Part shown: positions 44,526-51,506 of the stretch, piece by piece | How the letters are laid out: the number at the start of each line of letters is the position of its first letter | How positions within the stretch are numbered: the first letter of the stretch is position 1 | Source of the DNA: Acutalibacteraceae bacterium | GTDB lineage: Bacteria; Bacillota; Clostridia; Oscillospirales; Acutalibacteraceae | Direction: 5' to 3' | DNA: 64,000 nucleotides | NCBI GenBank assembly: GCA_045592385.1 | Contig: JAZNUP010000004.1 | Span: forward strand, 1,856 to 65,855 | Position numbers and translations under genes: made by a program | The notes under the pieces: generated by a model | What the model saw: the letters and a program-made list of their open reading frames with translations, nothing else | What the model was told of the DNA's origin: nothing | Databases searched by the model: none

Positions 44526-45467
44526 ATGGAAGTTTTACAGATGCTTTTTAAAGTGCTTTTGTTTCCCGGATTTCTCTTTCTTACGTCCTATGCCTTTGCG
44601 GCGGAATATATAGACCGCAAACTGCACGCAAGGATGCAGAACCGTAAAGGTCCCAAATGGTATATTCCTTTTGCGGATTTCTTTAAGCTTATAGGCAAGC
44701 AGACTATTATTCACGATGATGCACACGCAAGAATCATAAAGGCGATGCCCGTTGTATCTCTTGCAGGCGTTGCAACGGCATTCATTTATATTCCCGTTGT
44801 CGGTTCATCAGCAGTCTTTTCGTTTGAGGGCGATATAATCATCGTTTTGTATTTTCTTTCTTTGCCCGTGCTTACTCAGTTCCTTGCGGGCTGGTATTCA
44901 AGAAGCCTTTATGCAACAATAGGCGCTTCAAGAGTAATAACCCAGATGTTTGCGTATGAGGTGCCGCTGTTTATGTGTCTTCTTGCACCTTCGCTTATTG
45001 CAAATACCTGGTCCGTTTCGGGTATAACTCAGTATTATTCAGAGCATCCGCTTTATGCTCTTATCAATCTGCCTGCTTTTGCGGTTGCGCTCATAACCGT
45101 TCAGAGCAAGCTTTCAAAAGCTCCGTTTGATGCCCCTGAAGCGGAAACGGAAATCGTTTCGGGTCCCTACGTTGAATATACGGGCAGACCGCTTGCTTTT
45201 TTCAGAATGTCGGCAGACTGTGAAGAAGTTGTTCTCATTTCACTCGTGAGCGCGATATTCCTTCCGTTCCTCAGCGGAAACGCAGTTGTTGACGTGATTC
45301 TTTATTTTGTTAAAACCCTTGCAATTCTGTTTGTTCTCACTTTGATGAGAACCGTTACCGCAAGGCTCAGAGTTAACCAGACCGTTACACTCTGCTGGCG
45401 ATATCTTGTGCCTGCTGCACTTTTGCAGATGATTGTCAATCTTATTGTGAGGGGGTGGCTTGCATGA
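44526..45467 (+). CDS. group 4 hydrogenase membrane subunit (NuoH / MbhM / HycD-like)
   Basis: ATG at 44526, 1 nt after the large-subunit stop. About 313 aa with 8 helices. Contains RKLHARMQNRKGP, which is the NuoH-type R-K-x-x-A-x-x-Q-x-R-x-G-P motif. Confidence 0.88.
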   Translation: MEVLQMLFKVLLFPGFLFLTSYAFAAEYIDRKLHARMQNRKGPKWYIPFADFFKLIGKQTIIHDDAHARIIKAMPVVSLAGVATAFIYIPVVGSSAVFSFEGDIIIVLYFLSLPVLTQFLAGWYSRSLYATIGASRVITQMFAYEVPLFMCLLAPSLIANTWSVSGITQYYSEHPLYALINLPAFAVALITVQSKLSKAPFDAPEAETEIVSGPYVEYTGRPLAFFRMSADCEEVVLISLVSAIFLPFLSGNAVVDVILYFVKTLAILFVLTLMRTVTARLRVNQTVTLCWRYLVPAALLQMIVNLIVRGWLA

Positions 45468-45823
45468 AAAAAATCAATATGGCAGGCAGGATTGCCGCCG
45501 AAGCGCTCAGAAACCTTTTCAGAAAGCCTTCCTCGGAATCTGAGCAGGCTGTTGCCGTACCCGACGGATACAGAGGGCTTATCGTTTACAATCCCGAAAA
45601 CTGCATAGCCTGCGGACTTTGCGTAAGAGATTGCCCTGCCGGTGCAATTAAAATTGTTAACGAAGGCACGAAAGAGGATAAAAAGCTCAACGCATCAATT
45701 GATACGGGCAGATGCATTTTCTGTTGTCAATGTGTTGACTCTTGTATGAAGGGCTGCCTTTCTGTTTCGGATAATTACAATCTCAACGCAGTGAGCCGTG
45801 AAGAGATGGTGAAGAAACTGTGA
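45464..45823 (+). CDS. 2x[4Fe-4S] ferredoxin-like subunit (NuoI / MbhN-like)
   Basis: ATG at 45464 (ATGA overlap). Contains CIACGLCVRDCP and CIFCCQCVDSC. Confidence 0.88.
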   Translation: MKKINMAGRIAAEALRNLFRKPSSESEQAVAVPDGYRGLIVYNPENCIACGLCVRDCPAGAIKIVNEGTKEDKKLNASIDTGRCIFCCQCVDSCMKGCLSVSDNYNLNAVSREEMVKKL

Positions 45824-46296
45824 ATATCCGTGAAAAAATAGAGCCGTATTTCAGTGAGGGCAAAAAATATGCCGTTATGGGTGTGGGTTCCGAGCTTCGC
45901 AACGATGACGCGGCAGGTATGATATTTGCCTCTGAACTTGAAACGCTTATAAAAAGTGACCGCCTCCTTGTGATAGGCGGCGGCTCTGCACCCGAGAATT
46001 TTACGGGAGTCATAAAGGAATTCAAACCCGATATCCTTTTTATTGTTGACGCCGCGTTTATGGGGCTTGAAACGGGTGAAATAAGCCTGCTTGATTCAAA
46101 GCAAATTGAGGGGATTTCTTTTTCAACCCATATGCTTCCTTTGCCGCTTATGCTTGATTACCTTAAAACCGAGGCGGGCTGTGAAACTGTGATAATCGGA
46201 ATTCAGCCTGAAAATACGGGTCAGGGTCTTGAAGTGTGTGAGGCTGTAAGGCGCGGCGCGGTCGAACTGGCGCAGATTTTTGCATCGTTATTGTAG
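45820..46296 (+). CDS. hydrogenase maturation endopeptidase (HycI/HyaD family)
   Basis: 158 aa; the GTG start overlaps the previous stop. Contains GVGSELRNDDAAG, a later FIVDA, and STHMLPL, matching the metal-ligand Asp/Asp/His pattern of this family. Confidence 0.85.
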   Translation: MNIREKIEPYFSEGKKYAVMGVGSELRNDDAAGMIFASELETLIKSDRLLVIGGGSAPENFTGVIKEFKPDILFIVDAAFMGLETGEISLLDSKQIEGISFSTHMLPLPLMLDYLKTEAGCETVIIGIQPENTGQGLEVCEAVRRGAVELAQIFASLL

Positions 46297-46310
46297 TCAC
46301 TCTAACAGAA

Positions 46311-46349
46311 CAGGTCAGTACGGAATTTTTCCGTGCTGACCTGATTTTT
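46311..46349 (+). terminator. intrinsic terminator ending the hyp-hydrogenase operon
   Basis: CAGGTCAGTACGG-AATTTTT-CCGTGCTGACCTG (13 bp, one G-U) followed by ATTTTT. Confidence 0.8.
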
Positions 46350-46370
46350 GTATCCGATTAAAAATCCGTA

Positions 46371-46399
46371 TTGATAATTGTTAAAATAAATGTTATACT
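46371..46399 (+). promoter_or_regulatory. candidate promoter of the ASRT-family gene
   Basis: TTGATA (46371-46376), a 17-nt spacer, then TATACT (46394-46399). Confidence 0.55.
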
Positions 46400-46429
46400 T
46401 TGCTTACAAGAAAATCAGGAGGTATATTC

Positions 46430-46801
46430 ATGAAAGAATACGGCAAAAAGGTATGGCTTATCCCCGATTGTTTTCTCAATTCAGTTTCAAAAAATGAAAG
46501 CATCAGCCACGAGGCTATATGCGTTATAAACACTACTTCAAGAGAAGCGAAGATTGATTTCACACTTTTATTTGAAGACAGAGATGCCGTAACAGGCTAC
46601 GGCGCGGTCTGCGGCGCAATGAAAACTCACCATATAAGAATGGATAAGCAGGTGAATGCGCAGGGTGTTAAAATTCCGAGGGATGTACCCTATGCTGTGC
46701 TTGTTGAATCAAGTGAGCCGATAGTTGTTCAGTACAGCAGGCTTGATACTTCCGCGGCTGAAATGGCACTTATGACTACTATTGCTTACCCCGTAGAATA
46801 A
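46430..46801 (+). CDS. sensory-rhodopsin-transducer (ASRT, PF07100-like) family protein
   Basis: ATG at 46430, 6 nt after AGGAGG (the track ORF starts with a TTG 30 nt earlier). About 123 aa. It contains W-x-IPD, ISHEAICVIN, a KTHH block, PIVVQYSRLD and a C-terminal TTIAYP. These match my recollection of the ASRT family. Confidence 0.55.
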   Translation: MKEYGKKVWLIPDCFLNSVSKNESISHEAICVINTTSREAKIDFTLLFEDRDAVTGYGAVCGAMKTHHIRMDKQVNAQGVKIPRDVPYAVLVESSEPIVVQYSRLDTSAAEMALMTTIAYPVE

Positions 46802-46822
46802 TTATAATTGTATAAAATAATC

Positions 46823-46860
46823 AAGGCTTGTGCAGGAAAGAATCCTGTACAAGCCTTTTT
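46823..46860. terminator. bidirectional terminator between the ASRT-like and IolB-like genes
   Basis: AAGGCTTGTGCAGG-AAAGAAT-CCTGTACAAGCCTT (14 bp, one G-U) followed by TTT. Confidence 0.7.
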
Positions 46861-46877
46861 GTTAAAAGTTAGTTTTA

Positions 46878-47651
46878 TCAGTCGGCATTTGCGAGCCACT
46901 CGTGCTCTGCTTCATAAATCCTTGTTTTGTCCCACGGGTCACCATCAATGTGGCGGATCATCCAAACGTAATACATTGTATATCCGGGAGCGCAGACCTG
47001 CTGGTGCGCACAATGAGGCTCGATGCAAAGGAAGGAACCGTCAGTGCTTTTTTCAACGTCATCACCCATAAAAGCTGCGCCGAAGCCCTGAGGATAATCG
47101 AACTGATAGTAATAAACCTCGGGCTGGGGATGATGGTGAGGGGGATAGCTGGACCATTTGCCGGGGTGGTGGAATACTTCACCGAGCACCATATTTGAGT
47201 AAGGAGCGTTGCTCAAATCAAACATAGTGGCGCAGGTGCGGTGGCCGGTGCCGCCCCACTGAGAGTTGCCGAATTCCTGGTAAAGGCATTTTTCGGGAGT
47301 ATAATAAACAGCGTCAAAGATACGCTCATTGTCAGTCTGCTGAATGATAAACTCACTGTCTTCCTTGGCTTCTATCTCAACGGCAGTGCCTCTGCACACG
47401 TGAAGCGCATAAGGTGTTTTTATAAAAGGAGATTCTCTTCTGGCGGTGGTGGCACATTCACCGTTCCACCTGAAAGCAAGCTGACCTTTTAAAAGGAGGT
47501 AAGCGGTTTCGTTGTTTTCGTCACAAAGAGTAAAAATTTCTCCTTGGCTGAGCTTCTTGACCTTTATATTCATAAGCATAGAGGCATTTTTGCCGTTCAT
47601 TTCGCAAAGGATTCTTTCACCGTTTTCGTTGAATGAGGGTCTTTCAAGCAT
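46878..47651 (-). CDS. KduI/IolB-family cupin (5-deoxy-glucuronate isomerase-like)
   Basis: ATG at 47651, 8 nt after AGGGAG (the track ORF starts at a GTG at 47660). GKWSSYPPHHHPQPEVYYYQFDYPQGFG matches the IolB-type W-S-S-Y-P-P-H-K-H block. Confidence 0.7.
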   Translation of the reverse strand: MLERPSFNENGERILCEMNGKNASMLMNIKVKKLSQGEIFTLCDENNETAYLLLKGQLAFRWNGECATTARRESPFIKTPYALHVCRGTAVEIEAKEDSEFIIQQTDNERIFDAVYYTPEKCLYQEFGNSQWGGTGHRTCATMFDLSNAPYSNMVLGEVFHHPGKWSSYPPHHHPQPEVYYYQFDYPQGFGAAFMGDDVEKSTDGSFLCIEPHCAHQQVCAPGYTMYYVWMIRHIDGDPWDKTRIYEAEHEWLANAD

Positions 47652-47749
47652 AAGTATCACTCCCTGATTAATGATACGGATATTCTATCACTTTTTTATT
47701 ACGAATTCAATCCTTTACCCGAAAGCTTTCATTTTTTTTGCTTTTTCGG

Positions 47750-47778
47750 TTTACATTGACAAAAAAGTTCTATATAAT
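47750..47778 (+). promoter_or_regulatory. candidate promoter of the DivIVA-domain gene
   Basis: TTTACA (47750-47755), a 17-nt spacer, then TATAAT (47773-47778). Confidence 0.5.
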
Positions 47779-47812
47779 TGTTTTGTCGATTATTATTCAC
47801 GGAGGGCATTTT

Positions 47813-48268
47813 ATGGAGAATACAAAGCTTTTTCAGGTAGGAGCAAACGGTTATAACTGCACTCAGGTTGATGAATATATCCGTATTCTTAAAGAGGAAT
47901 ATAAAAAGGTTTATGATTACGCAAAGGCAAAGGATACCTTGATTGCCAAGACCAACGAAAGGCTTGACGAAGTGCAGAAAGAGAATGAAGTGCTTAGCGT
48001 TGAAGCTTCGCGGCTTGTTGAAAAAGTAAAGCAGTTTGAGGCTCAGCTTGCACAAAAGATATCTGAGGCTGAAAAGATTAATGAAAAAATAAAACAGCTT
48101 GAGGCTCAGCTTGCTCTTACGGCATCAGCTCCCTCGGCTGTTGTGCAGGAATCTCAGGATAATTCTGTTTTGCTCAGAAGTATTTCCACTATGACTATGC
48201 TAAGCGAAGAAATCGTAAGGGAAAACAGAGAGCTTCGCAAAAGAGTAGAAGCGCTTGAGAATAAGTGA
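47813..48268 (+). CDS. DivIVA-domain coiled-coil protein
   Basis: ATG at 47813 after GGAGGG (the track ORF starts 75 nt earlier). The N-terminus FQVGANGYNCTQVDEYI fits the DivIVA domain (F-x-x-x-x-x-G-Y-x-x-x-x-V-D). The coiled coil has an internal 21-aa repeat: TTGAGGCTCAGCTTGC at 48036 and again at 48099. Confidence 0.7.
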   Translation: MENTKLFQVGANGYNCTQVDEYIRILKEEYKKVYDYAKAKDTLIAKTNERLDEVQKENEVLSVEASRLVEKVKQFEAQLAQKISEAEKINEKIKQLEAQLALTASAPSAVVQESQDNSVLLRSISTMTMLSEEIVRENRELRKRVEALENK

Positions 48269-48285
48269 GAAAGGTTGGTTTAATT

Positions 48286-49131
48286 ATGGAGAATTTTAAA
48301 CCAAAATCTCTTGAAGAGCTTGACAGTGCGTTTGTTGAATCTGTAAGGGAGCTCAGCAGCGGAGCGCAGGAAACGCAAGCAACCGAGCCTGCAAAGCCTG
48401 CTGTTAAGCCTGAGAGTCAGCGTGAGAGTCTTTTGCCAAAGCCTGTTTTTTATAAGGCGGCACCTATGCAGGCAGATTTGCCCGTGTATGAAAAGCCTCA
48501 GCCTTCCTATTCAGAGGAGTTCAGAATCAACGTACCTCAATATACTCCGATGGAAGGCGGAACTCAGCAGGAGGAATATGATATTATGTCTGCAGGGCGC
48601 GCAGGTAAGGGCAGGTTTTTTGCGCGCGTTGTTGTGAGCGTTATGCTTGCTTTTACTGTTTTGCTGAGCGGCTTTTTTGCAGGGATGACGTATTTGTGCA
48701 AAAACAGTAAGAGAGAAGTCGGCGGTTATCATCTTTATCCTGTTTTGCTTACAACCGCATCTCCCGCCCTTTCAAGGGGCGATCTTGTGGCGGTTAAAGA
48801 TATAGGCAAGCAGGATGTTGCGCGCGGGCTTATAATAGTTTACCTCGATGAGCAGGCGGAAGAATACCGTTGCGCAGTTGTCGAGAGTGCGGTGTCTGAT
48901 GTTGAGAGTGATATCCTTATTACCGCAAGCTACGTTGATGCTTACGCAAAGCAACAAACCGTGCAGACCAAATGGAGTGCGGTGCAGGGTACGGCAAGTA
49001 TTTATCTGCCTTACTGCCTGCACGTATATAACTTTATTTCTGAGTATACCCTTGCTTGCATAGCGGCGGCGGTGTTGCTTTGCCTTACCTGGTTGTTGCT
49101 TCTCATTTTGCTTTGTAAGAAGAGATATTAA
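48286..49131 (+). CDS. bitopic membrane protein of unknown function (degenerate SipW-type signal-peptidase-like core?)
   Basis: ATG at 48286. It has a Pro/Gln-rich cytoplasmic N-terminus, a TM helix (VVVSVMLAFTVLLSGFFAGM), an extracytoplasmic ~120-aa domain and a C-terminal TM helix. The block TTASPALSRGDLVAVKD resembles S-G-S-M-x-P...GD-hydrophobic-hydrophobic-x-V of S26 peptidases but lacks the Ser-Met. Confidence 0.3.
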   Translation: MENFKPKSLEELDSAFVESVRELSSGAQETQATEPAKPAVKPESQRESLLPKPVFYKAAPMQADLPVYEKPQPSYSEEFRINVPQYTPMEGGTQQEEYDIMSAGRAGKGRFFARVVVSVMLAFTVLLSGFFAGMTYLCKNSKREVGGYHLYPVLLTTASPALSRGDLVAVKDIGKQDVARGLIIVYLDEQAEEYRCAVVESAVSDVESDILITASYVDAYAKQQTVQTKWSAVQGTASIYLPYCLHVYNFISEYTLACIAAAVLLCLTWLLLLILLCKKRY

Positions 49132-49142
49132 GGAGAATTCTT

Positions 49143-49826
49143 ATGATAAAAGCGGCAATTTTTGACCTTGACCATACTTTGTTTGACAGATATGCAACCC
49201 TTGCCGAAGTTGCGAAGAGATTCAGAACGCAGTTTGAGGTTGCAGACGGTGTTACGGATGAACAGATTACAAAGGAACTGGTCTGGGCGGATAAGCAGTA
49301 CGTTCATTTTCATTGGCGCCATATCCATAAGCACCTTGTTGATTGCGGCTTGTTTTCGCAGGCGCCGTCTTTTGAAGAATACAGGGATTTTGTAGTGTCC
49401 TGCTTCTTTAAAATAGCAATACCCTTTGATTTTGCAATCCCTATGCTTGAGGGCTTGAGGAAATCAGGGATCAAGACCGGGCTTATAACTAACGGGAATC
49501 ACGATTTGCAGTATGCAAAAATTAATCTTCTCGGCTTGCAGGATTCCTTTGACAGTATAATTGCAACCGGGGATATCGGCGTGCATAAGCCGGAAAGAGG
49601 TCCGTTTGACATTATGGCAGCAAGGCTTCAGCTTGATTCAAAGGAGATGCTTTACATAGGTGATAATCCTTTGAATGACGTTGAAGGCGCAAGGCTTGCA
49701 GGTTATATTCCGGTTTGGGTGAAAACCACGGGGACGTGGGTATTCCCCGAAATCGAAAAACCTGAGCTTCAGGTGGAAACGGTTGAAGAAATCCCTGCGC
49801 TGATTAAAAAACTCAATAACGCATAA
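49143..49826 (+). CDS. HAD-superfamily hydrolase
   Basis: 227 aa with RBS AAGGAG. Motif I IFDLDHTLF, motif II LITNG, motif IV GDNPLNDVEGA. Confidence 0.85.
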   Translation: MIKAAIFDLDHTLFDRYATLAEVAKRFRTQFEVADGVTDEQITKELVWADKQYVHFHWRHIHKHLVDCGLFSQAPSFEEYRDFVVSCFFKIAIPFDFAIPMLEGLRKSGIKTGLITNGNHDLQYAKINLLGLQDSFDSIIATGDIGVHKPERGPFDIMAARLQLDSKEMLYIGDNPLNDVEGARLAGYIPVWVKTTGTWVFPEIEKPELQVETVEEIPALIKKLNNA

Positions 49827-49936
49827 AAATTAATCCCGTTGTGTAAACGTAACAGTTTGCAGGCGGGATTTTTGTTACTGTTGCCTGCAATAAAAGGGTG
49901 ATAAGAATTGTTTTATTAATGAAAGGGGGACTGAAA

Positions 49937-51433
49937 ATGAAAAGACTGATATCCTTGATTGTTGCAGTGCTTATGTGCGTTGCCTTTTACTCAACCGCTT
50001 TTGCGGACGTTATGGGAATATGGCAGATATTTGTGCCGTACGACGTAGTTGTAACTCAGCAGGGCGGCTCGCAGGTGTACGGCTATGACAACGGCGGAGA
50101 ATTTGTTGATATGGACGGCTTTGTGCCTTTCGGCCAGCGTCTTACCGTGCAGTCGGAATATACCTTTGACGGCGAAAAATTCGTTTATGCCGTTCATCCC
50201 GATACGCGCAACGGTGCATACTATAAGGCGAGTACACTTACTCCTGCGGAGAAGTTGTATCCGCCCGAAAACGGAGTAAAGCACTTTTATAAAAAAGCTT
50301 ACGTAAAGGATACGGGGCTTTTTCTGCTCAAGGGACCGTCGGATGCATTTGAGATATCAAGTGAAGAAATCCCCGTTGGCACTGAGCTTGAGTATGAGGT
50401 TTCAACCGCGAACGGCGGCACCTGGGGCTATACATCCTATAACGGAAAACACGGGTGGTTTATAATTCATGACAGTTATTTCGGCGGTGATTTATATAAG
50501 TATAAATGTAAAGTTGCCGAATGGGTTCATAACTATAACGATAACCTCGGCAAGCTTTATGTGATAGGAAACGGATATGAGCTTCATCAGCAGCCGGACA
50601 AATCCAGCCCTTGCGTCGGCGGCAAGATAGAGCCGCACACAGAGCTTTATTATCAGTATTCCTTTATTGAGGAAGATAATGAGTGGGTTCTTACCGAGCA
50701 TGGCGGTATGAGCGGCTGGCTGTGCAGAAAAAACGGATACGACGGTGATGTTGTCAGAGGAGCGGTATCGGCAGTTCTTCCGCTTGACGTTTCCGAATTC
50801 ACTCTTTACGAAAGACCGCTTGATACCTCAAGCAAGGTTGACGTAAAAATCCCCGAGAATCAGAGTCTTTCCTTTGATTACGAGATATATGACGACACAA
50901 CGGGTGATTATTGGAGTAAGATATCAATCTATTTCGGCGGTCAGTGCGATTTTGACGGCTACTGGGCAAAATACAGCTCAGGTGCCGACGTTGCATATCC
51001 TTCCAGGGACAGATATATAACAGGTGCGGACAAAACACCGCTCTACGTTTTTCCGCGTGATACTGCAGAGATTGCGGATTATATGGAAAAGGATGTTGAA
51101 ATAAAGGCGATGTATATTTACGCGGGTAACTCCGACCCGTGGATAGGCTTTGCGCATAACGGGAAAATCGTGTGGGCCGATTGCTGGGGGATGCAGTTTG
51201 TAAGCCACGGCACACTTGCCGAAACAACCGACCCGTATCCCGTTACACAGCCGTTTCCCGAGAGTGATTCTGAAATCACCGAAGCAGCCGTTACAAGTGA
51301 GGAGATGCAGAGCGAAGCTCCCGTTGTGAAGAAGACAACGCTGAAGCCCGTTATTTTCTTTTCAGCATTGGCGGCAGGAGTTATAATTGTTGCCGCAGGA
51401 ATAATCGTATTCATAAAAAAACGCAATAAGTAA
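49937..51433 (+). CDS. secreted, C-terminally membrane-anchored protein of unknown function (repeated SH3b-like modules?)
   Basis: ATG at 49937 after AAAGGGGGA. Signal peptide MKRLISLIVAVLMCVAFYSTAFA. Recurring blocks GKHGWFI, GMSGWLC and GKIVWAD. C-terminal TM helix VIFFSALAAGVIIVAAGIIVFI followed by KKRNK. Confidence 0.3.
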   Translation: MKRLISLIVAVLMCVAFYSTAFADVMGIWQIFVPYDVVVTQQGGSQVYGYDNGGEFVDMDGFVPFGQRLTVQSEYTFDGEKFVYAVHPDTRNGAYYKASTLTPAEKLYPPENGVKHFYKKAYVKDTGLFLLKGPSDAFEISSEEIPVGTELEYEVSTANGGTWGYTSYNGKHGWFIIHDSYFGGDLYKYKCKVAEWVHNYNDNLGKLYVIGNGYELHQQPDKSSPCVGGKIEPHTELYYQYSFIEEDNEWVLTEHGGMSGWLCRKNGYDGDVVRGAVSAVLPLDVSEFTLYERPLDTSSKVDVKIPENQSLSFDYEIYDDTTGDYWSKISIYFGGQCDFDGYWAKYSSGADVAYPSRDRYITGADKTPLYVFPRDTAEIADYMEKDVEIKAMYIYAGNSDPWIGFAHNGKIVWADCWGMQFVSHGTLAETTDPYPVTQPFPESDSEITEAAVTSEEMQSEAPVVKKTTLKPVIFFSALAAGVIIVAAGIIVFIKKRNK

Positions 51434-51437
51434 AAAA

Positions 51438-51476
51438 GACACGGTACAGAAACCCGTTTTCTGTACCGTGCCTTTT
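51438..51476. terminator. bidirectional terminator
   Basis: Perfect 13-bp stem CACGGTACAGAAA-CCCG-TTTCTGTACCGTG, flanked by A-run and T-run. Confidence 0.8.
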
Positions 51477-51506
51477 ATATCTGTTACAGGAAGAAATGAA
51501 ATGTGT

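Noticed and set aside
17678-47660. A dispersed inositol catabolic (iol) pathway: an IolE-like TIM barrel at 17678, an IolG-like oxidoreductase at 18541 and an IolB-like cupin at 46878.
   Set aside because: These are broad superfamilies, and the genes are 28 kb apart on different transcription units. No iolC, iolD, iolA or iolT is present, so there is not enough to call a pathway.
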